Positions 45,681 through 55,804 of a stretch of DNA of 64,000 nucleotides are shown here, piece after piece. The notes below the pieces were generated by a model that had not been told where the DNA came from, searched no databases, and saw only the letters and a list, made by a program, of their open reading frames with translations. Origin of the DNA: an uncultured Chlamydiae bacterium (GTDB lineage: Bacteria; Chlamydiota; Chlamydiia; Chlamydiales; JAJFMB01); the NCBI GenBank assembly GCA_963696295.1, contig CAVOJR010000001.1, forward strand, positions 736,001-800,000, in the 5' to 3' direction. The translations under genes and the position numbers were made by a program. How positions within the stretch are numbered: position 1 is the first letter of the stretch; every line of letters starts with the position of its first letter.

Positions 45681-46801
45681 ATGATAGTTCGGAAATCATT
45701 TCAATACAGATTGAACCCGACAAAGAAGCAAGCCAAGATGCTACAAGCCCAGCTTGACGAGTGTCGATGGCTTTACAATGAGCTGCTTAGTCAACGTAAA
45801 TTGGCTTACGAAGAACTCGATATCACTTTGTCCAAATATCAACAAAGCATGCTATTGCCTCTATTAAAAAATGAAAGGCCCTCTCTTGACCAAGTACATT
45901 CCCAGGTATTACAAAATGTTGTAGATCGATTGGATAAAGGTTTTCAAGCATTTTTTCGAAGATGCAGGCAGGGAGAAAAGCCTGGTTTTCCCCGGTTTCG
46001 CGGTATGCATAGATACAATAGTTTTTGCTATCCACAGAGTGGATTTTCACTTATTGGGAAAGAACTTAAACTATCGAAAATCGGTAATATCCGTTTAAAA
46101 ATGCATCGTCCAATTGAAGGAGAGGTAAAGACTTGCACATTGAGAAGAAACGCCTCGGGAGATTGGGATGTTTCTTTGTCATGCGAAGTTAATATAGAAC
46201 CCCAAGTTGCTAAACAAGAAGCAATAGGCATCGATGTTGGGCTTGAGCATTTTGCTACTTTGTCCGACGGAGGTCAAATTGCCAATCCGAGATTTTTTAA
46301 ATTTGAAGAACAAGCACTTGCAAAAGCTCAGCGTAAGCTAGAAAAAATGGATAAAGGGACAAAAGAAAGGCGAAAACAAGGGAAAGTTGTAGCAAAGATT
46401 CATGAACGAATCAGCAACAAAAGAAAAGATTTTTGTCACAAAGAATCTAAAAAAATCGTCGATCGATATCAATATATTTGCGTAGAGGACCTGGATATCA
46501 AAAAAATGGTAGAAGGGTCGTTTCTTGCAAAAAGCATTACAGACGCAAGTTGGAATCAATTTCGTCAATTCCTCACCTACAAAGCGGCAGAAGCTGGTAG
46601 GAAGCTAGGATTGGTGAATCCTGCCTATACAACACAAGATTGCAATCGATGTGGACATCGGGAGGAAAAAAAACTCAGCGAAAGAACGCATTGTTGTGTC
46701 ATTGTGGGTATAAAACCTCAAGGGATTTCAACGCAGCGCAAAATATTTTGGCCCTCGGATTAGATGGCCTGGGAGTAATCCCTAGAAGCCTTCGCCTTTA
46801 G
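45681..46801 (+). pseudogene. tnpB: TnpB RNA-guided endonuclease, frameshifted near 46698
   Basis: IGIDVG, VEDL, TTQDCNRCG; the shifted frame continues HCGYKTSRDFNAAQNIL to TAG at 46801. Confidence 0.88.
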
Positions 46802-47223
46802 GCGAGGGAGTAATCACTGTTCCGATCTGCAGCGCTCCTACCGGACAGGAGAGATCGCCTTTCCCCATCTCCCCCTCATCAAAGATAAACGATTGCGCGA
46901 ATGCGATTATGGCGATTTGAACGGCCGCCCCCTCGAAAAGATCATTAAAATAAACCATATCGACCGCCCTTTTCCGAACGGGGAGAGCTACCGCGATACC
47001 GTCAAGAGGATGGAGAGCTTTCTCGCCGAGCTCCCTCGAGGTAAAACGGTCATGCTCATCGGCCATCGCGCCACCCAATACGCCCTGGAGCACCTGATCA
47101 ACAAACAACCCCTGCAAGACGCCATCCAGGCCCCCTGGCAATGGCAGCCCGGCTGGATCTACAGCCCATAAAAAAGCTTGCCTTTTGGCCCCTGCCTTGC
47201 TATCCTCTACCCTACAAACAGAC

Positions 47224-47296
<73 letters not shown>

Positions 47297-47645
47297 CTCT
47301 TTTCCTCCTTTCTTAAATAACTCTGGCTTAGTGAAAATTAAATCAGAGGCTATCATGTATCAACGCGAAATTTACGCATATTTTCCGCAAATGACTGGAA
47401 CAAACCAGCATCAAAAAATGTTTTATTCAAATCTCAACTCACAAGCTCAAAAAGTCGCCAAATTTTTTCTCAAATGCGGAAAATCGACCAAACCAGGTAT
47501 CAATCAGCACTCACTACACAAGATGAGAACCATTAGGAACAACGGACTAACAATCCGATTCCATATTATTCCTCAATGTTTTAACCTTTCCAACTTGGTT
47601 CGGTGACACACTAAGACTCTATACTATTAAGCCTTTCAGGCTCTT

Positions 47646-47700
47646 TTTAACTTAATAATAAAACCCAGTTGATAAAATTGGGTGTTTTTGTTAAGTTAAA
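47646..47700 (+). promoter_or_regulatory. abiE promoter inside a 22-bp inverted-repeat operator
   Basis: Arms 47646-47667 and 47679-47700 match 19/22; TTGATA (47669-74) N17 TAAGTT (47692-97). Confidence 0.7.
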
Positions 47701-47718
47701 GAAAAAGGCAGATACTCC

Positions 47719-48315
47719 ATGAGACCTCAAGCCTGCTTACAGCTGCTTACCCCATTACTTAACCAACCATCCTTCACATCGAAGGAAGCGAAGATTCTTG
47801 GAGTTCCAGCCTCAGTATTATGCTATTACGTTAAAACTGAAAAACTGAAAAGGATTCGTCGCGGAGTGTACCAAGCTATTGATTATCAAAATCCTGAGGC
47901 TTTCCGTTGGACAGATCTTATTGAAGTTGTTCATTCTATTAATGGTGGGGTGGTATGCCTAATTTCCGCCCTGGCTGTTTATGATTTAACCGAAGAGATC
48001 CCTCGTCAACATTGGATTGGGATTCGACATGGCACTTCAGTTCGAAGTAGCCGTCAAATTAAGATCGTTCGCTTTCGTGACCTCGATTTAGGCAAAATCG
48101 AAATCGAACTAGAAGGTGCTCGTATTCCAATTTTTGATCGGGAACGCACAATTGTAGATGCGTTTCGCCTGCTGAGTCGAGAAACCGCTATTAAGGCTTT
48201 AAAATCAGCTGTAGCGCAGGGCGGAAAAAATCGCCTCGATCTAATAAAGCTCGAAGCATATGCTAAAAAGCTTCAATTCGACATTTCACCTTATTTAATG
48301 AGTATAACCATTTGA
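47719..48315 (+). CDS. abiEi: Type IV TA antitoxin, AbiEi family
   Basis: N-terminal wHTH (RIRRGVY); CLISALAVYDLTEEIP; DRERTIVD. Confidence 0.88.
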   Translation: MRPQACLQLLTPLLNQPSFTSKEAKILGVPASVLCYYVKTEKLKRIRRGVYQAIDYQNPEAFRWTDLIEVVHSINGGVVCLISALAVYDLTEEIPRQHWIGIRHGTSVRSSRQIKIVRFRDLDLGKIEIELEGARIPIFDRERTIVDAFRLLSRETAIKALKSAVAQGGKNRLDLIKLEAYAKKLQFDISPYLMSITI

Positions 48316-49160
48316 TAAATGAACAAGCCCTCAAAGATAGACTTCAAATCATTGCCAAAGAAAAAGAGATCCCTTTCAACGCTTGTTGGAAGCAACTTCT
48401 CCTAGAAAGGTTTTTGGCACGATTAGCACGGTCCTCACACGTCAACAAATTTATATTTAAGGGCGGGTTTCTGCTTTCTTACATGATGAAAATAGGAAGA
48501 GAAACGGTAGACCTCGATTTTCTTTTGACGCGTATGAATGCCGAAGTAAAAGGGCTTCAAGAGGTCTTTGAAGAAATTGTATCGACATCATCAGACGATG
48601 GATTTACCTTTTCATTTGAAGGCATAGAGCTACTTTCTCAGCCGCATATGGAATATCCTGGGTATCGCACAACTTTTAAAGCTTCTTTTGCAAAGATGAA
48701 AGACAAAATCCATGTCGATATTGGAATTGGCGATATCGTAGAACCACAGAATCGAGAAATTAAGCTTTTTGAATATCGTGGAAAGCCATTCTTTGAAGAA
48801 TCGATTTCTCTTTTAGTTTATCCCATCGAAACGATTTTCGCAGAAAAACTGGAGACAGTGCTTTCCAAAGGTTCACGAAATAGCCGAATGAAAGACTTTC
48901 ATGATCTGCTTTTACTCCTAAGAGATAAAAGTTTGCAGACCGCTAAAAAACTGCATGAAAATGTGCAAAAAACATTTAAGAATCGGGGAACAATATTGAA
49001 GCCTATTCAATTCGATGAAGCAGGTTATAAGGCCCTTCAGCGACTTTGGACCGCCCATCTACAAGGTCTTGGCGATATAGCCGAAGATCTTGATCTTCCT
49101 GAAAATATGCTAGAAATTATAGATAATATTAACACATCTATATCTGAAATAATTAAATAA
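48312..49160 (+). CDS. abiEii: Nucleotidyltransferase toxin, AbiEii family
   Basis: LERFLARL, FIFKGG, RETVDLD, FAEKL, NSRMKDFHD. Confidence 0.9.
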   Translation: MINEQALKDRLQIIAKEKEIPFNACWKQLLLERFLARLARSSHVNKFIFKGGFLLSYMMKIGRETVDLDFLLTRMNAEVKGLQEVFEEIVSTSSDDGFTFSFEGIELLSQPHMEYPGYRTTFKASFAKMKDKIHVDIGIGDIVEPQNREIKLFEYRGKPFFEESISLLVYPIETIFAEKLETVLSKGSRNSRMKDFHDLLLLLRDKSLQTAKKLHENVQKTFKNRGTILKPIQFDEAGYKALQRLWTAHLQGLGDIAEDLDLPENMLEIIDNINTSISEIIK

Positions 49161-49625
49161 TGGATATAGATTAGGATTATGTCAAAAAATCGAAACAAAA
49201 AACAACAGCCCGAAGTCATTTCAATCCAAGATGGACCTAAGAAAGGGGCAAGGTCAAACTGTTAGTTTTGATTTAAATAAAATTTCATCATCGTCCGTAT
49301 TATCGATTTATCCAGAGAATTCCATAAAGGCTTCATCATAGGTCTACTTATTTTAAACAACTTAAGCAATCCAACCTTTTGATTTCGAAGCCATATATTA
49401 AAATCACAATTTGCATGTATTTTATCGATTTATTGTGATAATAATGCACTTTTTTGGTACATCAATATCATGAACCGTTTGCATAAAAATATACAGATCC
49501 AGATGAGAGTTGGATTACATCATGACGTATATCCACAGGTACTTATTTTCGAAGCGAATGGAACAAAAAAGATGTCCAACAGGGACAGAAATACGTCGGC
49601 GCCCATTGAACTAATGGTCTAAATC

Positions 49626-50582
49626 ATGATTAAATGCCTATTTATCACTTTTGTGAGTGTGCTAATGTTTACAGAAAATGCCCAAGCTCAGTCGTATTGG
49701 GATATGAAACCGCATGAGGTTCGAGATTTGATTAATGGGAAGATCATGGCTATTAAAGCCGAGAGGCCTGATGTTCGCAATGTAAATGACATAACGATAA
49801 AACGTGGCGAGCGAGAAACCCCTTTGCGCATTTACACACCAAAAGAATTAGAAGACCTTCCTATCATTCTTTTCATTCATGGAGGAGCATGGGTGGGTGG
49901 TAACTTAGATACTCATGACAACATGGCCCGTTACCTTTGCAAAGAAGTACAAGCATTGGTTGTTTCTGTTGGTTACCTGAATTCACCAGAGGGAAAGTTT
50001 CCACTACCACTGGAACAATGTTACGATGCGCTACTTTGGATTGTCGATCATGCTCAAGAATTTCATGCGGACATTAAGCGTTTAGCTGTAGTCGGAGACA
50101 GTGCCGGTGGCAATATGGCGGCGGCATTATGTTTATTAGATCGTGATCGGAAAGGTCCGAGAATTGACTTGCAGGTATTAATCAATCCGGCTCCTGATCT
50201 CACAGGAAATGGAACAATTCAGCGTCAGAACGATGCACTTGATACTGTACGGTGGTATGCTACTCAATATGTAGCAGATCCAAACGATGTCAATAGTCCA
50301 TATGTGTCTCCGATCATGGCTAAAGATTTGACTCATCTTCCTCCAGCCGTCATTATTTTAGCTGAGAAAGATGATTTGCGTAAGGATGGTCAGAGATATG
50401 CAGACAAATTAATATCAGCAGGAATACCCACGAATGTTTATATTCAGTGGGACATTGGGCATTTAGGTGCGAATGGGGCTCGTGCTTCTATATTAGCGCA
50501 AGAATCACTAAATGTGGCGGTAGCCTCCCTTCGAGGGGCATTTTTTAGAGGCTCAATTCCTTATCAAAGTAAAGAAATTTAG
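49626..50582 (+). CDS. Alpha/beta hydrolase (HSL-family esterase) with signal peptide
   Basis: HGGAW, GDSAGG, D and H positions; N-terminus ending AQA. Confidence 0.9.
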   Translation: MIKCLFITFVSVLMFTENAQAQSYWDMKPHEVRDLINGKIMAIKAERPDVRNVNDITIKRGERETPLRIYTPKELEDLPIILFIHGGAWVGGNLDTHDNMARYLCKEVQALVVSVGYLNSPEGKFPLPLEQCYDALLWIVDHAQEFHADIKRLAVVGDSAGGNMAAALCLLDRDRKGPRIDLQVLINPAPDLTGNGTIQRQNDALDTVRWYATQYVADPNDVNSPYVSPIMAKDLTHLPPAVIILAEKDDLRKDGQRYADKLISAGIPTNVYIQWDIGHLGANGARASILAQESLNVAVASLRGAFFRGSIPYQSKEI

Positions 50583-51145
50583 CAATTGTTTGGTGTTTTT
50601 TTCCCTGAACCTGAGATTAACATTTATTCAAACCAAAAAGTGGCCAAACTTTGTGGTCTAAATTGGAAAACCTATTTTTCAGGAGGAAATTAATCATTCG
50701 CAATGAGATTGAGCCACCCGCTTTGTCTCGCAGTCAATAAAGGTCCAGTGGGAGTTTCACTATACTAAACTCCCGCAAAGCAGAAAAAATAAGCCTAAAA
50801 GCAAAAGAACCTCAGCCAAGGACTTCAAATTTTCTTTTTGACTCGGTTTAGGAGAGTTGGATTCCCCGCTGGATCTTTTACATAGGTTTTTTCATTTTGG
50901 AAATAAGGCAAATTGATTTGACGTCTTTTCACACTCATAGGCTTCCCTATAGATTCGCCCATCATCCTAATCTCGTTCGGACAACAATCTGCATATAACC
51001 CACCATTTGTTATTACATAAATGTAAACAGTTTGTTAATTATAATTACAAATAATTTGCCGCCTTGGTCCGAAGCGGCTTGCTGGATTTTTGACTTTAAA
51101 AGAGTAAAGTTGTACTGTTTTTTGAATTCAAACTGGAGATAAACC

Positions 51146-52156
51146 ATGATATCTTGCAACTACTCCTCTCTATACTTAACCGGATCGACCGAAGGTCTCA
51201 ATGACAAACATCGCTTTATCTTTTCCGGCCCCCCGCAGCACGAGGTCATTTCGATGGAGCGACGAGTGGCGCGAGGACTTGCTTTCGACTACAACCTGAC
51301 ATCGAAAGGCCCCCTCATGAAGCCAGGCAATGACCAGATCGTCAATAACGAAACCACGCTGTGGGAGAAAATCAACCAATTCCGCTTGAATCATGAGGAT
51401 GCTTTATTTTTTGGGGGCTTCGCACTTTCAAGTACTGTCTTGGGGATCTGTTCGTGGGTGAATGAAACCGTCAATGAGGGAGAGCGCTTTGAAAGAGATG
51501 CGGGAAGAGGGTTGTTAGGGGTAGCCGGTGTGGGTCTGCTTTATTACCTCTCCGACTATTTGCCTAAATATTATGAAAACCTCGCAGATAGTTTCTTCAA
51601 TCGTCAATGGAAGGTCATCCAGCTAGAGAAAGTCGATATGCCGAAAAAGCAAATCTCTGCCTCAGGGTGTTTTATCGATCCGCTCACCTCTCAAGTGATT
51701 CCCCGCGAGGAGATCGATTCCCCTTCCGTGATCAAAATCGGGAATTTGATCTACCGCTGCACCTCTGTTTTGCAAGCGATCTTAACCAAAGATGTGGCGG
51801 ATATAAAAGGGGAGATTCCCCATCCGCAAGAGGAAAGGAGCATGACGGCGCAGGAAAAGAGCGACTTCCTCAACCATATCTCCCTGATCAGCGGTTATGC
51901 GGTATCGCTCCTTGAAGCCTGTTGGAATAATGAATCCACCGAGCTTGCAGGTTTTGCCACAAGTTTTTTTCAAGATATGAAACAAAGCCGCTATCCCATC
52001 TTTCGCAGATTGTCTAAAGCTGATCAGGAGGACTTGAACCGCAATTTGAGCAAATATTTCATAGAGTGGAGATCGCGGGAGCGGTTTGCCCTGCTCCTTT
52101 ATTCCCAAAAAGTGTTCGCCTTAGTTCCCCCAGATGAGGAAGATAAAAATCAGTGA
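51146..52156 (+). CDS. Membrane-anchored hypothetical protein with U-box-like segment
   Basis: Two hydrophobic segments, then FIDPLT...P......Y...HP; GGAG RBS. Confidence 0.55.
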   Translation: MISCNYSSLYLTGSTEGLNDKHRFIFSGPPQHEVISMERRVARGLAFDYNLTSKGPLMKPGNDQIVNNETTLWEKINQFRLNHEDALFFGGFALSSTVLGICSWVNETVNEGERFERDAGRGLLGVAGVGLLYYLSDYLPKYYENLADSFFNRQWKVIQLEKVDMPKKQISASGCFIDPLTSQVIPREEIDSPSVIKIGNLIYRCTSVLQAILTKDVADIKGEIPHPQEERSMTAQEKSDFLNHISLISGYAVSLLEACWNNESTELAGFATSFFQDMKQSRYPIFRRLSKADQEDLNRNLSKYFIEWRSRERFALLLYSQKVFALVPPDEEDKNQ

Positions 52157-52288
52157 ATGGCAACCCCGCTATGATTATTGGGTATTAGATCTAAATTTTG
52201 TAATTTGAGCACGCTTGAAAAAACAAGTGATTGTTATGGGTGTTTATGTTAGATTTTTGGGTTCCATGAAACATTTCGAGATGAATGT

Positions 52289-52687
52289 ATGAAAATGAAA
52301 TTTTTATGCAAAAAGCTGGTGAGAGATCTTTGCCATTGCACTTTAGAGAGAAAAAATATCAAAGCCGTAACTGTTTCTTTGGAAAGGGAAGCATTGGTTG
52401 AGGCTTTTAGGGCTAAAATTGTCGAAGAAGCTGCTGAGGTGGCAGAAGCGAAAAATAGAGTGGAATTGATCGAAGAGCTGGCCGATCTTCAAGAGGTGAT
52501 TGAGTCATTTATTAAATTTTGCGACATCAGCCCTGCTCTTATTGAAGAGATACGAAAAGCAAAAAGGGAAAATATGGGGGGATTCGATGAGGGACTCTAT
52601 ATTGATCATATTGAAGTGCCGCACGATTCTCCCCATCTTAACGATTATTCATTACGGCCTCATAAGTATCCGCCGTTAGAGGCCTGA
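52289..52687 (+). CDS. MazG-like / PRA-PH family nucleoside triphosphate pyrophosphohydrolase
   Basis: KLVRD, KIVEEAAE, EELADLQEVI, RKAKRENMGGF. Confidence 0.88.
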   Translation: MKMKFLCKKLVRDLCHCTLERKNIKAVTVSLEREALVEAFRAKIVEEAAEVAEAKNRVELIEELADLQEVIESFIKFCDISPALIEEIRKAKRENMGGFDEGLYIDHIEVPHDSPHLNDYSLRPHKYPPLEA

Positions 52688-52691
52688 AAGG

Positions 52692-53324
52692 TTATGGGAC
52701 TAATTGTTTGATAAAGTCAATACAACCTTGAGAGTTTCTGATAATCATATCAGCATATTGTTTACTTGGTTCCACATATTTTTCATGCATCGGCTTCACC
52801 TCTTCCGTATATTGCGACTTGACATGATCTAAAGAGCGCCCTCTTTCTTGCATATCCCGATCGATGCGGCGAAGCAACCGGATATCCCCATCTGTATCAA
52901 CAAAGATTTTGCAATTGAGCAGCTCTCTAATTTCGGATAGAGCCAAAATCAAAAATCCCTCCACAATAACAATCTCTGCAGGCTCTTTCAGCTGGGTAAA
53001 GGGTTCCCGTTTAGAAACGGTGAAATTATAAACCGGGCTATTAACCGGCTGGCCGGCCGCCAAAGCGATGAGATCCTTTTTTAAAAGCGCAACATCGATC
53101 GCCTCAGGGCATGCGTAGTTAGGCTTCCCAAATTCATTCAGGGGAATTTCCTGTTTGCTTCTATAATAGTCATCCTGATGAACAATGACAACTCGATCGC
53201 CAAAAAGGGTTTTCAAGTTATTTGCCAAAGTGGTTTTACCTGACGCTGAACCTCCGGCTATGCCGATCATAAATGCGGGTAATTCCCTACAGAAGAGAAG
53301 CAATAAGATTAAAATGCGGATCAT
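52692..53324 (-). CDS. udk: Uridine kinase with signal-peptide-like N-terminus
   Basis: IGIAGGSASGKTT, QDDYY, IVEG, RRIDRDMQERGR, VKPMH...PSK.YAD. Confidence 0.9.
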   Translation of the reverse strand: MIRILILLLLFCRELPAFMIGIAGGSASGKTTLANNLKTLFGDRVVIVHQDDYYRSKQEIPLNEFGKPNYACPEAIDVALLKKDLIALAAGQPVNSPVYNFTVSKREPFTQLKEPAEIVIVEGFLILALSEIRELLNCKIFVDTDGDIRLLRRIDRDMQERGRSLDHVKSQYTEEVKPMHEKYVEPSKQYADMIIRNSQGCIDFIKQLVP

Positions 53325-54082
53325 TGGCAACTCTCCGAAAAATCTTCCACAGTTCCTGAAAAGTCCTTGACCTGTCCGGCAAAAAGGGAATATTTATCAA
53401 GGCAAAGAGGAAGGGGTTCAGCCGTGGAGAAAGAGATGTGGGGGAAACAACGGGTTACTTGAGTATATAAAAATGGTTCCACATCGGATCGATACTCGCG
53501 TATTCTTTTTTCAATCACTTCAGGGGTATCATTTATCCTAAATTTAAGGGGGGATTGGCATGCATTGCATATTCCTGAAACTAAAGGTATTGCGCTTTTT
53601 TTGTTATATACATGATTGCAGACGGGACATACCATGCGCTGCGCTATCCTTTCCATACACTGTGCGTTATCGGCCTCGAGAAAGATTGCCAAGGCGCGGA
53701 CGCGCAGATTAAGGGTGTCCAGCAATTGACACAAAAAAGCCAAATCTTCTTCCGAACGGGCAAACCCGTCGATGATAAAGGGACCGCCTTGCTCTGCCAA
53801 GATATGGATCTCCTTGCCGATCAAATCGTACATGATGCTTTTTTGAATGTAATTTCCCTTCCTGACAACTTCTGCTATCTCAATGCCAATCGGGGTTTGC
53901 TGATCGATTTCCCGACGAACCAGATCTCCTGCGCTAACATGGTGATAATAATGATTGTCACAAAGATGTTGCGAAAATGTGCCTTTTCCGGCGCCCGGAG
54001 GCCCTAATAGGATAATCACAGGCTCCAAAGCAGAAAGGAGCGAAGCGGCGGCAACGAACAAAAATACAAGATACTTTTTCAT
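53321..54082 (-). CDS. adk: Adenylate-kinase-family NMP kinase (Zn-LID) with signal-peptide-like N-terminus
   Basis: LLGPPGAGKGT, SAGDLVR, IDGFAR, CPVC...CNAC, R.ND. Confidence 0.85.
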   Translation of the reverse strand: MKKYLVFLFVAAASLLSALEPVIILLGPPGAGKGTFSQHLCDNHYYHHVSAGDLVRREIDQQTPIGIEIAEVVRKGNYIQKSIMYDLIGKEIHILAEQGGPFIIDGFARSEEDLAFLCQLLDTLNLRVRALAIFLEADNAQCMERIAQRMVCPVCNHVYNKKSAIPLVSGICNACQSPLKFRINDTPEVIEKRIREYRSDVEPFLYTQVTRCFPHISFSTAEPLPLCLDKYSLFAGQVKDFSGTVEDFSESCQ

Positions 54083-55704
54083 AAACTATTCCTTGTTATC
54101 CATTTCTTAAGTTCAGGGTATTTATCTGAATCGGAATTTAAAAGTGTGTGATAAACCTCCATGGATCGCTCTACGGATTGCAATTGGAAGTGGATGATAT
54201 TTTTTTCCACTACAGGTTCTTGCAAATTGCCCAGCAGATCCAAGACGAGAAATTCTCTTTTTAAAAAACTTTTATAAAAATTACGGGGTGCTTCTTTGAT
54301 ATGCTCCCGATCAATAGGCGCAAGGAGGTAATGCTTTTTATGAGAATCTTTTAATATGAAATGGGAGAATTGACCCATGTAAGTAATCAGTTCATCGGTA
54401 GTTTTATAAAAATAATGTTCCTCCCCTTCTAACTTTAGATGTTCAAGCAGGTCGAAAGGCAGCTGATCGCCATTGGTGAGAAATTCGAAGATTCCTTTAT
54501 TTTGGCCATGAAATAAAAGGACTAAGTATTTCGGATCGATCACTACTTCGTTGTCAGTCAGATACAACATATTGCGATCAATCCCTTCGCTGTACAATTT
54601 TTTAATATAAGGATGCAATTCCGTGGAAAAAGGGATTCTAAAGCCTTGCAAAAATGCGCTTTTTAAAATATGCGCTTCTTTAAAAAGAATAGGAAAATAT
54701 TTTTTTTCGAGAATATGATCGTTTAAAGGAATCGATTTCTTTTCAATAAAAACCGAAAGGACTTCCCTCTCCTCTTTAGAGAGGTTATTCAAATTTAAAT
54801 CATCCTTAAAATGGTAATCTTCGACAAAACCGGAGGAGAAGTAATTAGATAAATACATCAAATAATGTCTTTGAATTTCAGCAATCAACCCCTTAGGCGC
54901 TTCAATGGAAAAGTTTTTCGAGTAGTCGATATGGGGCGAGGGAGTTTGGAGAAACTCATCCAAACTCATTTGTTTGCACTGGGTGTTATTATCCTGAAGG
55001 TAGAGATTAAACTTAATCTTTGAAAAATCGTAGATCAAGGGTTTGCTGCACTCATTGCGGTAGTCGCGTAAAAGACTGAACTTGCGATCGAAAAACTTGG
55101 TTAAAAAAAGAGTGGCGTAATATTTTGCCATATCTTTTTTGAAGATCATCGTGCACTGGGTCCAGGGATCATCGACCCATTTCGGATCCCGATAAATAAA
55201 TACACCCTCTTTCTCCAATACGCGGCAAATCTCCGTCACGAATTGATCCAGGGGCCCCTTATTCATCACATAGGAGAATACTTCGTGAGCCAAAGCGGAG
55301 GCTCCAACACCTGAAATGGTACTATCCCTGATCTGCTTCATATCGGTAGCTGACATAGTGGCAAGTTCTATCTTAGGTCCTGCGAGGCTATTGATATAAG
55401 ATTTGACTATAGGTCTTCTGATGGGAATAGAATTAATCACTAGCGGATCAATATCTGCAGCTATCAAGGTAGGACGAACGGTTTTTGGAAGCTGCAGCAC
55501 CATTTCAGCAATAGCATCCCCTCCGGTTCCAATATCGATAAATGTTCCATTGGTGTTTTTCTGAATATATTCAAGGAGCTGTGTCTTCTCAGACATATTT
55601 TTACTGATATTTGATAAATAGAAATCAATATAATCGTGCTTATGTTCCACGCTGCCATGCAACAAAGAACTCAATAGAAAAAGGAAGATATGCAAGTATT
55701 TCAT
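54079..55704 (-). CDS. Large class I SAM-dependent methyltransferase-like protein with signal-peptide-like N-terminus
   Basis: FIDIGTGG, AADID, HEVFSY, RVLEKEGVFIYRD; long unknown C-terminal region. Confidence 0.7.
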   Translation of the reverse strand: MKYLHIFLFLLSSLLHGSVEHKHDYIDFYLSNISKNMSEKTQLLEYIQKNTNGTFIDIGTGGDAIAEMVLQLPKTVRPTLIAADIDPLVINSIPIRRPIVKSYINSLAGPKIELATMSATDMKQIRDSTISGVGASALAHEVFSYVMNKGPLDQFVTEICRVLEKEGVFIYRDPKWVDDPWTQCTMIFKKDMAKYYATLFLTKFFDRKFSLLRDYRNECSKPLIYDFSKIKFNLYLQDNNTQCKQMSLDEFLQTPSPHIDYSKNFSIEAPKGLIAEIQRHYLMYLSNYFSSGFVEDYHFKDDLNLNNLSKEEREVLSVFIEKKSIPLNDHILEKKYFPILFKEAHILKSAFLQGFRIPFSTELHPYIKKLYSEGIDRNMLYLTDNEVVIDPKYLVLLFHGQNKGIFEFLTNGDQLPFDLLEHLKLEGEEHYFYKTTDELITYMGQFSHFILKDSHKKHYLLAPIDREHIKEAPRNFYKSFLKREFLVLDLLGNLQEPVVEKNIIHFQLQSVERSMEVYHTLLNSDSDKYPELKKWITRNSL

Positions 55705-55804
55705 GTTGAATAATTAATAAAAATGAAAGGCTAACAAACAGGGCAATATTTTGCAAATGAAACTTAAGTTGACAAATCGGAATATACGATGCCAAGATGT
55801 TAAT

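Larger units (their letters stand above)
45187..46817. mobile_element. IS200/IS605-family element (IS605 group, divergent tnpA/tnpB), 1631 bp
   Basis: Inserted 3' of TTTAT with no target duplication; left hairpin 45204-45223, right hairpin 46789-46808; ends in TCAC. Confidence 0.93.
45034..47171 (+). pseudogene. Histidine phosphatase (phosphoglycerate mutase family) gene interrupted by IS605
   Basis: Joining 45034-45186 to 46818-47171 gives ...DAIY|CSDLQRS...LRECDYG...PNGES...GH in frame. Confidence 0.9.

Noticed and set aside
45187..46817. Possible IStron (self-splicing IS)
   Set aside because: tnpA and tnpB fill the element; there is no room or motif for a group I intron.
50748..50776. 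Hairpin gtgggagttt / aaactcccgc
   Set aside because: Lacks the core of the palindromic family and a clear U-tract; function cannot be supported.
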